Shown here in pieces: positions 20,648 through 30,323 of a stretch of 50,189 nucleotides of DNA (its first letter is position 1; each line of letters opens with the position of its first letter). The DNA is from Myxococcales bacterium (lineage in GTDB: Bacteria > Myxococcota_A > UBA9042). The stretch spans positions 1 through 50,189 of the forward strand of contig JBBISH010000035.1 in NCBI GenBank assembly GCA_037441385.1, given 5' to 3'. Under the pieces are notes generated by a model that ran no database searches, was not told the DNA's origin, and saw only the letters and a program-made list of their open reading frames with translations. Both the position numbers and the translations under genes were made by a program.

Positions 20648-21208
20648 CATAATCCTCTCGACGACGTGCATGCGGTCGCGGCGCGCCCCCGATTGCGTTG
20701 GTGCGGCGAGCGCCCGGTATGTACATCGGCGGCCGGCGGGCCTAGCGATGCGAAACGGAACCGTGTCGACCATCTCCGCGCTCCTGGGTCGGACTCGAGG
20801 GTGGGCCCCGTTGCCGGGGCTCGAGTCAGGGCTCGGGGATCACGATCGTCGCAGGGGATCGCGAACGACGGCAGGCACTCCCCTTTCGAGCGGCCATCCG
20901 GGTAGCAACCGCGCGGTTTTGCTTTGGAACTCCCGCGGCGGCCGGCGCGCGTCCACCGAGGGGGCGATGGTCGGGCGAAGACCGGAGTCCAAGCAAAACT
21001 TGGCGCAACTGCTACATTTTTGACCACCCCGCTGGGTGAACTGGCGGATCAGACCAGTTGGAACACCGTTGCCGACCGCAAAGGACGGTTCGGGCACTCC
21101 ATGTTGCACGGTAACAAAGCAAGGCAGGGAAGGCAAGCACTGTATGAAGTTCCGCGATGGGCAACTGCTCGGAGCCAATCATGCGACCCGCGAACTGCCA
21201 CGGAAGCG

Positions 21209-21856
21209 TCATCCGGCCAAAACCAGCTGGCGCGCGAGTTCCCCGGCGGCATCCGCCACGGCGGCCGGGGCGACTTCGCCCAGATCGGCCAAGCGGGCGT
21301 TGGCATGGCCGCACAAGGTAAGTCCGGGATATGCAACGCCAGCAATGACTTCGGGGGCAAGACCCACGTTGAGGGCCAGGCCATGCAGGACCACGCCGCG
21401 CTGCACGCGCAGACCGACCGAAGCCAGCTTGGCGTCGCCGAGCCACAGACCGGCGTCGTGGTCGTCGCGCAGATGAGGCTGCAAGCCGCGGCGGCCAGCC
21501 AAGACGGCCGCACTACTCAACAAGTGGTGAACTAGGAGCCGTATTCCCAGGGTCGGCAGCGGCACGGCCAGAAACACGACCAGTTGCCCAGGCAGATGCA
21601 AGGTCGCCAGCCCCCCGCGATCGGCAGCCGCGACTTCGACCCCATGGGACCGGCAAACCGCGACGGATTGTACCACGTCGGCGCCCCCCGCCTGGGCCCG
21701 CCGACCCAGGGTCAGCACAGGGGCCGCCGGCTCGAACAAGAGCAACCGCGGCGGCGCCCCGGCGGCGACGGCCTCGGCATCGGCGAGGTTTTGCTCGACT
21801 GCGGTCGCAAAACTCAGACGGCCGCCGAATCGCGGTTGGGTAGTGCCCAGCAACAT
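21209..21856 (-). CDS. lipB: Lipoyl(octanoyl) transferase
   Basis: 'PVLTLGRR', 'DRGGLATLHLPGQLVVF', 'KLASVGLRV..HGLALNV', 'CG' motifs of LipB. Confidence 0.85.
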   Translation of the reverse strand: MLLGTTQPRFGGRLSFATAVEQNLADAEAVAAGAPPRLLLFEPAAPVLTLGRRAQAGGADVVQSVAVCRSHGVEVAAADRGGLATLHLPGQLVVFLAVPLPTLGIRLLVHHLLSSAAVLAGRRGLQPHLRDDHDAGLWLGDAKLASVGLRVQRGVVLHGLALNVGLAPEVIAGVAYPGLTLCGHANARLADLGEVAPAAVADAAGELARQLVLAG

Positions 21857-21874
21857 GGCAGGCAGGCCGGGCAA

Positions 21875-22699
21875 TCAGGCGCCTGGGCCAAGCCAGGTGA
21901 GGTAGGCGAGCAGCACCGGCCCGGCAAAGAGGACGCCGTCCACGCGATCGAGCAAGCCGCCGTGGCCGGGCAGGATCTGGCCACTGTCTTTGGTGCCCGT
22001 GGCGCGCTTGAACAGGCTCTCTGCAAAATCGCCAACCTGCCCGAACAGGCCGCAGACGGCGCCCAGCAACAGCCCGTGGATCATCGGGATCTGCGGCAAC
22101 AACCAGGTTGCGGTGATGGCACCGCCGCCGATCGAAGCGAGCAGGCCGCCGATGCCGCCTTCGACGGTCTTCTTGGGGCTCACCAGCTCGTAGAGCTTGC
22201 GGCGGCCCAAGGCGCGGCCAGCGAAGTAGGCGCCGGTGTCGCCAAAGAACACCATGACAAACAAGGCCAAAAGCGCGGCACGCCCCGTGTCGAAGGGGGC
22301 GCCAGCGGCGATCTCGTCGTGGCGGAAAAGCAGCACCAACATGGCAATCAGGTTCGCCGTGTAGACCAAGGCCAAGGCGCCCAGGGCACCGCGGCGAGCT
22401 GCCAGTTCGACCGATTCGGGGCTGGCCAGGCAGGCGAACAACCAGACACACAGCCCTGCCGCCAGCACCACGGCCAGGGCCATGGCACCCAGCAGCGCGC
22501 TGCCGGCCACCGCGGCGGCCAGCAAGGCGACCACCATTCGGTCGTGGCGGCGAATCTCGGGGAACATGCGGATCAATTCGTCGGCACAGCGGGCGGCGGC
22601 CAACACGAGCACCGCCAGCATGACGAACTTGGGCGCCCACAGCGCCACCCAAATCACCAGGGGCGCAAGGACAAGGCCGGTGGCAACGCGCTGGAACAA
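21875..22699 (-). CDS. cdsA: Phosphatidate cytidylyltransferase
   Basis: 'DTGAYFAGRALG', 'SPKKTVEG', 'GDFAESLFKR..KDSGQILPGHGGLLDRVD' signature; follows uppS. Confidence 0.95.
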   Translation of the reverse strand: MFQRVATGLVLAPLVIWVALWAPKFVMLAVLVLAAARCADELIRMFPEIRRHDRMVVALLAAAVAGSALLGAMALAVVLAAGLCVWLFACLASPESVELAARRGALGALALVYTANLIAMLVLLFRHDEIAAGAPFDTGRAALLALFVMVFFGDTGAYFAGRALGRRKLYELVSPKKTVEGGIGGLLASIGGGAITATWLLPQIPMIHGLLLGAVCGLFGQVGDFAESLFKRATGTKDSGQILPGHGGLLDRVDGVLFAGPVLLAYLTWLGPGA

Positions 22700-22771
22700 T
22701 TCGGCCCCCGTGCAGCAGACGCCGCCGAGCTAGTTTGGCAGCATCGGCGACGCCCTGGCAAGCCGGCCGAA

Positions 22772-23590
22772 TCAGGGCACGGCTACACCGCCAAACCTGC
22801 GCTGCCGCTGAGAAAACGCCTGAAGGGCCGTGGTCAGCTGCTGTTCGTCGAACTCGGGCCAAGCCACGGGCGAGAAGTACAGCTCGGCATAGGCCGACTC
22901 CCATAGCAGGAAATTGGAGAGGCGCTGCTCGCCGGACGTGCGGATGACCAAGTCGGGCGGACAGGGCAGGACAGACGTCCAAAGCGCCTGGCCCAAGGCG
23001 CCCTCGTCGATGGCCTCGGCACGGAGCTCGCCCGCAGCGACCTGCGTGGCCAGCTTGCGCGCCGCCTGGACCAAGTCTTCGCGGCCGCCGTAGGAAAGAC
23101 ACAGGGCCAGCGTCATCTTGCGACCCTGCGCGGTGCTATCGACGGCGTGCTGCAGAGTCAGCCGCACGGGCAGCGGGAGCCGGGCCAAGTTACCCAGAGC
23201 CACCAAGCGAATCTCGCTCTTGCGCAATTCGTCCAGCTCTTGGCCCAAAAACTCGACCAGTAGGGTCAGCAAGCCCTGGACCTCGCTGGCGGGGCGCGCC
23301 CAGTTCTGCTCGGAAAACGCATACAACGTAAGGACTTCGATGCCGAGTTTGCGCGCCATCCGCGTCACCCCGCGCACCGCTTCGGCGCCGGCGCGGTGAC
23401 CGTGGCTGCGCACCATGCCGCGCGTCTGCGCCCAGCGGCCGTTGCCGTCCATGATGATGGCCAAATGGCGCGGGACGTGGCCGCGGCGCGCCAGATCGTA
23501 GGCGGTCTGGGGGACAGGATCGACCACGGCCGCATCGGCGGGCGCCGTAGCCGCAGAGGGGCGAAGAGCGGAAAACAAGGTCATCGGCAT
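22772..23590 (-). CDS. uppS: Undecaprenyl diphosphate synthase (isoprenyl transferase)
   Basis: 'PRHLAIIMDGNGRWA', 'YAFSEQNWARP', 'DLVIRTSGEQRLSNFLLWESAYAE'. Start could be 23617, 23590 or 23584. Confidence 0.95.
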   Translation of the reverse strand: MPMTLFSALRPSAATAPADAAVVDPVPQTAYDLARRGHVPRHLAIIMDGNGRWAQTRGMVRSHGHRAGAEAVRGVTRMARKLGIEVLTLYAFSEQNWARPASEVQGLLTLLVEFLGQELDELRKSEIRLVALGNLARLPLPVRLTLQHAVDSTAQGRKMTLALCLSYGGREDLVQAARKLATQVAAGELRAEAIDEGALGQALWTSVLPCPPDLVIRTSGEQRLSNFLLWESAYAELYFSPVAWPEFDEQQLTTALQAFSQRQRRFGGVAVP

Positions 23591-23707
23591 ACCACGTCCA
23601 TCGGCCTGAGCGTGCATCCCAACAGGATCAGGTCCAAATGGTCCTTGCGCAGGGTCGCGCTGGGTCTCGCGGCGCTGGGCTGGAGCAGCCGCGCCGATCC
23701 AAAGGGC

Positions 23708-24685
23708 TCACGACGGCGAGTGCGCGGCCGTGGGGCGCCCGTCCAGCACCGGCCAGGCTTGCCCGCGCACCAAGCACCAGCCCGCCCACACCATCAGCGG
23801 CAAGCTGATGAGTTGCGAGGTCGACAGCAGGCCACCCAGCCACAGGCCGCGATCGTCGGCCCGCAGATATTCGACCGAGAATCGGAATGCCGCATAAAGA
23901 AACATGAAGTAATAGAAGACTTGGCCGTCGAAGCGGACCCCTTTGCGGAAGCGCCAGTAGCAGAACGCACTGATGGCGGCGCAGGCGACCGCTTCGTACA
24001 GTTGGGTGGCGTGGACCGGCAGCGAGGTCAAGGCGTTGCGGCCGATCAGGTGGTCGCCCAAGTGCTTCTGCCAGGCGGGCGAGTGGGCGGGGAACGAGAG
24101 GCCGACGCCCGATTCGGTGGGCGCGCCGTAGCAGCACCCCGCGAGCAGGCAGCCGGCGCGGCCAAAAACCAGGCCTTGAGCGATGGTGAAGCCAGCCAGG
24201 TCGCCAAATTTCCAGACCGGAATGCGCCGGCGACGCAGAAACCAGATGCCGACCGGCACGGCCAGCAAGAAGCCGCCGTAGTAGGCGTAGCCGCCGTACC
24301 AGATCTTGAAGACGCGCAAGCAGTCGCGGTGCTGGCGACACAGGCCGCTGGCGGCGTCGCACAGGTCACCCAGACCAGCCGCAAGGCACTGTTCGTCGCT
24401 GCCGCAGCGCAGGCCCGGGCCCATGGACAGGGCGGGAACCTGCTCGGGCGCGGTGCACAGATGCACGTAGTCCCAGAACTGCCCATCGGCCACCACGTGC
24501 AAGGCGCGGCTGCCGATGAGGCCGCAAGCCAGCATGAGCAGGCCCATGTCCAAGATCGAGTTGCCGTCGATGCCGCGGCGCATGCCCTCTACGTGAGCCC
24601 ACAAGATGGCGATCGTGAAACCCACCATCAGCAACGTGAAGTAGGCGGGCAGCTGGGTAAAGCCAAGGTCGAAAGTGGGGTGCAC
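23708..24685 (-). CDS. lgt: Prolipoprotein diacylglyceryl transferase with Cys-rich insert
   Basis: 'GLIGSRALHV', 'GGYAYYGG', 'GRAGCLLAGCCYG', 'VHATQLYE', 'YAAFRFSVEYLR'. Confidence 0.93.
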   Translation of the reverse strand: MHPTFDLGFTQLPAYFTLLMVGFTIAILWAHVEGMRRGIDGNSILDMGLLMLACGLIGSRALHVVADGQFWDYVHLCTAPEQVPALSMGPGLRCGSDEQCLAAGLGDLCDAASGLCRQHRDCLRVFKIWYGGYAYYGGFLLAVPVGIWFLRRRRIPVWKFGDLAGFTIAQGLVFGRAGCLLAGCCYGAPTESGVGLSFPAHSPAWQKHLGDHLIGRNALTSLPVHATQLYEAVACAAISAFCYWRFRKGVRFDGQVFYYFMFLYAAFRFSVEYLRADDRGLWLGGLLSTSQLISLPLMVWAGWCLVRGQAWPVLDGRPTAAHSPS

Positions 24686-24704
24686 GGGGGCCTTTTGAAG
24701 GGGG

Positions 24705-25643
24705 CTACGAGGCCGCCGGAACGATCGCCGCCGGCTTGCGCAACAGCGACTCCAAAGCGATCAGGATCACGCCCACCGTGATGCCGATGTCGGCGACGTT
24801 GTACACCGGCCAGCCGACCACGCGGCCATCGACCAGGATGTAGTTGTAGATGAAGTCGATCACCACGGTGTAGTTGGCCCGATCGACCAAGTTGCCCACC
24901 GCGCCAGCCAAGATGGCGGCCAGCGACCACGCCGACAGGGCCGAGAACAGGACCCCGCGCGCCAGCCACCAGATCATCACCAACGACGCCGTGCTGGAAA
25001 CGGCGACGAACAGGCCCCAGCGGAACAGGGGGGGCGCGCTCTCCAAGAAACTGAAGGCGGCACCCTTGTTTTCGGCATAGACGATGTCGCCGTGCAGCGG
25101 CCCGCTCAGGATCGGCAAGGCCCGGTCGAGCAAGGCGTAGGCGCGGCCGCCGGCAAAACTGGCGTCCGGGTCCAAGCGATGCGCGGTCACGACGTAGCTG
25201 TGCTTGTCCAGGACGTCCTGCATGGCCGCCTCGCTGGTACGCCACGCATCGCCCAAGACGGCGCCCAGAGGCTTGCCGACGTGCTCGGCGGTCAGGCGGA
25301 GCCGGCGCGGCGTTGGCATGCGGAGCCCATCGGTGACGACGATCTCGCGCCCCAAGTCCGTCTGGGCCACCGGCTGATCGGCCTTGAGCGGCTGTTTCTC
25401 CAGCCGCACCACTGCACCGGTGGCCGCCTCGCCGCGAATCGCCTCTTCGCCACCCCCGCGCGCGGCCAGGGCCAGCAACGGCGTGGGGCCATCGGCGGCT
25501 GTGACCACGATCGGGTGGATCGGCGTCGCCAGGTTGACCGTGACCATGTGCTTGGTGAGGAGGTCGGCCGCCAAAATAGCGATGGCAAAAGCGAAATACA
25601 TCCACCGCGGGTGGCTTGGAGGGCGAGCAGGACCAAGCATCAT
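24705..25643 (-). CDS. lspA: Lipoprotein signal peptidase II with large insertion
   Basis: 'ADLLTK', 'ENKGAAFS', 'GAVGNLVDR', 'VIDFI', 'WPVYNVADIGITVG'; GGAG RBS before ATG 25643. Confidence 0.93.
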   Translation of the reverse strand: MMLGPARPPSHPRWMYFAFAIAILAADLLTKHMVTVNLATPIHPIVVTAADGPTPLLALAARGGGEEAIRGEAATGAVVRLEKQPLKADQPVAQTDLGREIVVTDGLRMPTPRRLRLTAEHVGKPLGAVLGDAWRTSEAAMQDVLDKHSYVVTAHRLDPDASFAGGRAYALLDRALPILSGPLHGDIVYAENKGAAFSFLESAPPLFRWGLFVAVSSTASLVMIWWLARGVLFSALSAWSLAAILAGAVGNLVDRANYTVVIDFIYNYILVDGRVVGWPVYNVADIGITVGVILIALESLLRKPAAIVPAAS

Positions 25644-25801
25644 GGCAACTCCCGGTGGCAACGTGCCCCGAAGGGGCGAAAAGGGTACGGAAGAGCGACT
25701 GGAAATTCAACGACCGCGCCAAGCACTTGGCCCCGCGACTTGATCTTCTGACGGCACACTTCTAGGGTAGCACGGCGCCATTGCTGCGCCGCGAGCGCCC
25801 C

Positions 25802-26884
25802 GTGACCGCACCCGATCCGAAAACTCCCAGGGCACGCGCGACCTCCTCTGCTGCGCGCAGCCCGGCTCTTGGGGTCGCCGATGCCGCCGGGCGGGCGACG
25901 CTCGGCGAAAGCGACGACGCACGGCCGCAAACTGGCCGCTGCCGCATCAACACCGCAAGCCCGTGTGTTCATCCCTGGCCCACGCTAATTTGCCCCGTCT
26001 GCGGCCCGCTCCGCGACGCGAGCGCCAGCGCCCCCCTGCAAGCCGGTACGAGCCAGGTGCGCGGCGACGCTGAGGCGGTGCTGACGGCCATCCGCGCCGG
26101 TCTGGCAGCCGGCCACCGGCACTTCGACTTGCTGGGCGGCGAGTTGCTGCTTCGCCCCGAAGCGCTGGACCTGCTGACCCAGGCGCGCCGAGAGGGCGCC
26201 CAAGGACTGGCGGTCTGGACCGCCGGAGCGCTGCTGGCCCGCCCCGAAGCGGCCCTGCGGATCCGCCAGGCCGGCGCGACCCAGGTGGTGGTTGGACTTT
26301 TTGGCGATTCGCCCGCGGCACACGACTATGTGGCCGGCAACGAAGGCCATTTCCAAAGGGTGCTCGCGGGCTTGCGGGCCGCTCGCGCCGCCAAACTGGG
26401 AGTCTGGGTTGCAGCGCCCCTGCTGCGCCCCACATTCCGCGGGCTGCCGGGGCTGGTGCAAAAGACCTTGCCCGCTGGAGTCGCTGGCGTACACCTGTGG
26501 GCGCCGCCGGGACCCGACCGCAGCAGTCAGCCCTTGCTGGCGCCGCTGCCCCTGATGGCCCCCTGGGTGCAGGCGGCCGTGAAGATCTTGGCCACCGCCA
26601 AGCGACCATGGCGCGTCGACGGCCTGCCGGCCTGCCTCATGGGCGAGTGGGCGCGCCTGCAGCCCGAGTGGCCACAGTGGTCAGCTGCCACGCTGCCGCC
26701 GGCCAACCCGGCCGACGGGGAGCAATCTCCCCAAGAGCCCAACGAATTCTCGCCGCGGTGCGACGAGTGTACCTGGCGCAGCGGGTGTCCCGGCTTGCCA
26801 GCCCCGCGAGCGCGCAGCCACGGTTGGCTGGGTTTGCAGCCAAGGACCGATGCGCCCAAACCAGCCCAGCAAGAATTGTCCTAG
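25802..26884 (+). CDS. Divergent HxsC-like radical SAM-fold protein with non-canonical Cys motif
   Basis: 'LLGGELLLRPE', 'GDSPAAHDYVAGNEGHFQRVLAGL', 'VDGLPAC', 'CDECTWRSGCPG'; C-x8-C-x2-C in place of CxxxCxxC. Start uncertain. Confidence 0.7.
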   Translation: MTAPDPKTPRARATSSAARSPALGVADAAGRATLGESDDARPQTGRCRINTASPCVHPWPTLICPVCGPLRDASASAPLQAGTSQVRGDAEAVLTAIRAGLAAGHRHFDLLGGELLLRPEALDLLTQARREGAQGLAVWTAGALLARPEAALRIRQAGATQVVVGLFGDSPAAHDYVAGNEGHFQRVLAGLRAARAAKLGVWVAAPLLRPTFRGLPGLVQKTLPAGVAGVHLWAPPGPDRSSQPLLAPLPLMAPWVQAAVKILATAKRPWRVDGLPACLMGEWARLQPEWPQWSAATLPPANPADGEQSPQEPNEFSPRCDECTWRSGCPGLPAPRARSHGWLGLQPRTDAPKPAQQELS

Positions 26885-27007
26885 TGGTTTCAACCGAATC
26901 GTGTGCCGGCCTTGACGCAGCGAGGGCCGGTCTGCGCAAACTGGAGAGTGCACTGACGCGGCATACCGCTTGGGTGCGGCCGATGGTCGAGGGGCACTGG
27001 GCAGGCA

Positions 27008-29008
27008 ATGACAGACGATCGCGTGACAATTAGCGACCTTGACGTCGACAAGCTGGTCCGCGACGGCCTGCTGAACCGCGACGAGGCCGAGGCCCTGCGC
27101 GCCAGCCATCAGGCCGAGACGGGCACCGTGCGCATGGAGGCTTTGCCGTCCACGGCCGGCAACGACTCGGGCGAAAACAAGGACTTTGTCAAAGAGCAGG
27201 CCGCCCGCCACCAACGCCACTGGGTGCGGGTGACGCGCTTGTGCAACCAGCGCTGCACCTTCTGCCTGGATTCGATGAATCAAGACGGGACCATGATCGA
27301 CGTCGAGTCGCTCAAGGCCTACATCCTGCTGGGCCGGCGCATGGGCCGCGAGCGGTTGATCCTGTCGGGCGGCGAGGCCAGTGTTCACCCCAATTTCATC
27401 GAGCTCATCCGCTACGGTCGCCAGGTCGGCTACGACTGGATCCAGACCGTGACCAACGGGATGATGTTCAGCTACAAGAAGTTCGCCAACGCCGCCGCCG
27501 AGGCGGGCCTGAACGAGGCCACGGTCTCGATGCACGGCCACACGGCGCACCTGCACGACAAGCTGACCGGCACGCCGCTCGCTTTTGTCACGGGGATCAA
27601 GGGCATCCAGAACCTGCAAGCCACCGGCAAGGTCGTAGTCAACATCGACGTGGTGATCAACAAGCAGAACTACAAGTTCTTGCCCGAGATCATCGAGTAC
27701 TACTACAACATGGGCATTCGCGAGTTCGACCTGCTGCACATCGTGCCGTTCGGCCGCGGCTTTGATGAGCACCGCCACTCGCTGTTCTTTGATCTGAACG
27801 ACGCCGTGCCGTATTTCCGCAAGGCGTTTGCCTGGGCGGACAAGCCGGGCATGTTCATCTGGACCAATCGCTTGCCGGTTACGTACTTGGAAGGCTCCGA
27901 GCGGCTCATCCAAGAACCCCACAAGCTGACGAGCGAATTCGACGGCGGCCGCCACAACTTCGAGGGCTATCTGCGCCGCGGCCTGAAGCCCGACTGCCAC
28001 GGCGAGCGCTGCGACTACTGCTTCTTGGACGGGCCGTGCCGTCAGACGCTGTTTCCCTATCGCGAGCAGTTGATGGCCCACGCATTCCCGATCGTCCGCC
28101 TGGACAGCCATCAGGTCTGGGCGGGAACGCCAGCGCGCGAGCGATTCATGGCCCAACACCCGGCGTGGCTGCAACTAACGGCCCGCACGGCCGAAGATGC
28201 CGCGGCGGCGCTGACGAATCTGCCCTTTGACAGCGCCAAGTTCTCTGTGGAATTGGACGCGGGCAGCGAGACTCAGGCGCTGGCGCAAGTGCCCGGCGTG
28301 CAGCGCGTGGTGGTCAAGACGGTGGCCGACGCGGCGCGGGCCCTGGTGGGCGATCAGGCGCTGCCGGCGCCGATCGAGGTGGAGGTCGCGGTCGACAAGA
28401 CCTTGGCGGCGTGGCTGCTGGCGCGGCCCTCGACCTGCAAGTCGTGGGGATCGCGTTTGATCGTCGCGCTGCCCAACCACGAATACTTGAGCGAGTCGCA
28501 GGCGGCCGATCCGGAGCCCGAGACGCTGCGCAAGCTGGCGCGACTGGGGGTCCGCATCAAGAACCTGCCCGAGTGCGCGGTGGGGCCTGCGGCGATGCCT
28601 GGCGATCACAGCGTGCTGGACGCCAAGCTGCTGGACGGCGCCGGCGATCTGCACCTGGATCGCTACGTGCACCACTACATCACCCGCGAGTACTACGCCA
28701 AGAGCGTGCGCTGTGGTCTGTGCAGCCGCTTTGATCAGTGCCAGGGCATCCACATCAACTACCTGCGCAACCACGGGTTCGCCCAGATGACGCCGCTGGA
28801 CGAGCAGGGGCAACCGCGCGCGGATGCTCAGGATTTTGACCAGCTGGCCGATCGATTGAAGTTCGCCAACGCCGGGCGCAGCCGCCGCGACCAGAGCCGC
28901 ATTCTGGGTCTGCATCGGCCCGAGCGGCAGGCGGTGGATGAAGTGGTGCGCACGGTCGTCGACGTTGGGTCCACGGGCGAGGCGAGACACCCCGGCGAGG
29001 TGGGGTAG
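27008..29008 (+). CDS. Radical SAM protein (HxsC-like) with second degenerate C-terminal module
   Basis: CNQRCTFC, 'LSGGEA', 'TVTNG', 'SMHGHTAHLHDKLT'; Cys clusters CDYCFLDGPC and CGLCSRFDQCQG. Confidence 0.9.
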   Translation: MTDDRVTISDLDVDKLVRDGLLNRDEAEALRASHQAETGTVRMEALPSTAGNDSGENKDFVKEQAARHQRHWVRVTRLCNQRCTFCLDSMNQDGTMIDVESLKAYILLGRRMGRERLILSGGEASVHPNFIELIRYGRQVGYDWIQTVTNGMMFSYKKFANAAAEAGLNEATVSMHGHTAHLHDKLTGTPLAFVTGIKGIQNLQATGKVVVNIDVVINKQNYKFLPEIIEYYYNMGIREFDLLHIVPFGRGFDEHRHSLFFDLNDAVPYFRKAFAWADKPGMFIWTNRLPVTYLEGSERLIQEPHKLTSEFDGGRHNFEGYLRRGLKPDCHGERCDYCFLDGPCRQTLFPYREQLMAHAFPIVRLDSHQVWAGTPARERFMAQHPAWLQLTARTAEDAAAALTNLPFDSAKFSVELDAGSETQALAQVPGVQRVVVKTVADAARALVGDQALPAPIEVEVAVDKTLAAWLLARPSTCKSWGSRLIVALPNHEYLSESQAADPEPETLRKLARLGVRIKNLPECAVGPAAMPGDHSVLDAKLLDGAGDLHLDRYVHHYITREYYAKSVRCGLCSRFDQCQGIHINYLRNHGFAQMTPLDEQGQPRADAQDFDQLADRLKFANAGRSRRDQSRILGLHRPERQAVDEVVRTVVDVGSTGEARHPGEVG

Positions 29009-29011
29009 CAA

Positions 29012-30247
29012 GTGGCGAACATCGGCTACATCCAAATGGTGCGCCACTGCAACCAGAATTGCGGCTTTTGCAGCAATCCGGAGACGCCGTTTTTCTACGA
29101 CTTCGATCAGGTCCGCACCATCGTCGACGACTTTGTGGCTCGCGACTACTTTGGCGTGATCCTGACAGGCGGCGAACCGACCCTGTCGCCGATCCTGACA
29201 GAGTCGATCCGCTACGCCCGCGAAAAGGGCCTGCATGTGCGCATGATCACCAACGGCCAGAAGATGGCCGATGGCGCGTACGTCAAAGCCTTGGCCGAAG
29301 CGGGCTTGCAGCACGTGCACATCAGCATCCACAGCTGCAAGCACCGGCTGGAAGACTTCTTGACCGGCACACCCGGCTCGCTCGCGTGGGCCGAGCAGGC
29401 GCTGCACCACCTGGCCGAGACTGACATCACCGTGAACATCAACACGGTGATCAACCGCTACAATTGCGACCACCTGCACGAGACGGTCGAGTGGTTCATC
29501 CAGAACTTCCCGTTCGTGCGGCACTTTGTCTGGAACAACCTGGACCCGTCGATTGGCCGGGCGACCAGCAACCAGTACTTTACGGCGCGGATGCAGGATC
29601 TAGAGGTGTCGCTGGCCAAGGCGATGCGCCGACTGCACGAGACCGGGCGGAGCTTCCGGGTCGAGCGCGTGCCGCTTTGCTACATGACCGAGTTCGCCCA
29701 CTGCTCGACCGAGACCCGCAAGATCGTCAAGAGCGAAGAGCGCATCGTGCACTTCTTGGACAACAAGGGCACGGTGCGCCAGACCGAGTGGGGCCACCTG
29801 TACGCCGACGTGTGCGAGCAGTGCACCCTGCGCTCGATCTGCGGCGGGCTGTTCGATCGCGGCGACGCCTACGATCCGGCCGAGCTGTCGCCGCTTTTTG
29901 TCGATCCGCGGCCGATCATCGCCAAGATCGCCCTGGACGAGCAGAGCGACCCGGCGTGGCGTCTGCAGAAATTCAAGAATCTTGCAACGCTACCCGCGGC
30001 CCACCAGGGCAAGCAGGGCAGCTATCGCGCTCCGAGCCCCAGCGCCCCCAGCGGCGAGCGGCTGGTGGAGCCGACGACCGACCCCAAGCGCCGCCAAGAT
30101 CCCACGGCGCGCGATTGGCAACCCGAAGGCTGGCACCCGGCCGACGACGAAGTGGATGCCGAAATGGCGCCGCTGCAGCAGGACCCCCCGCCTGCCCAGG
30201 CGCGGCCGCGACCGGTTTCGGTTGCTGAGCCGCGAGGCACAAGGTAG
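29012..30247 (+). CDS. Radical SAM protein (HxsC-like) with low-complexity C-terminal tail
   Basis: CNQNCGFC, 'LTGGEPT', 'ITNG', 'VERVPLC', CEQCTLRSICGG; starts 3 nt after the upstream stop. Confidence 0.9.
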   Translation: MANIGYIQMVRHCNQNCGFCSNPETPFFYDFDQVRTIVDDFVARDYFGVILTGGEPTLSPILTESIRYAREKGLHVRMITNGQKMADGAYVKALAEAGLQHVHISIHSCKHRLEDFLTGTPGSLAWAEQALHHLAETDITVNINTVINRYNCDHLHETVEWFIQNFPFVRHFVWNNLDPSIGRATSNQYFTARMQDLEVSLAKAMRRLHETGRSFRVERVPLCYMTEFAHCSTETRKIVKSEERIVHFLDNKGTVRQTEWGHLYADVCEQCTLRSICGGLFDRGDAYDPAELSPLFVDPRPIIAKIALDEQSDPAWRLQKFKNLATLPAAHQGKQGSYRAPSPSAPSGERLVEPTTDPKRRQDPTARDWQPEGWHPADDEVDAEMAPLQQDPPPAQARPRPVSVAEPRGTR

Positions 30248-30323
30248 AAAGGAAGGCCGCCGCCCCCCACGGCAGCCGCGACCCGCAGCGGGCTCGACTG
30301 ACGAGCCCAGGGAACATGCAGAA

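Noticed and set aside
20860..21050. Long irregular hairpin as 6S RNA
   Set aside because: No convincing closing stem or central bubble and not in the usual zapA/ygfA context; kept only as an unassigned structured leader.
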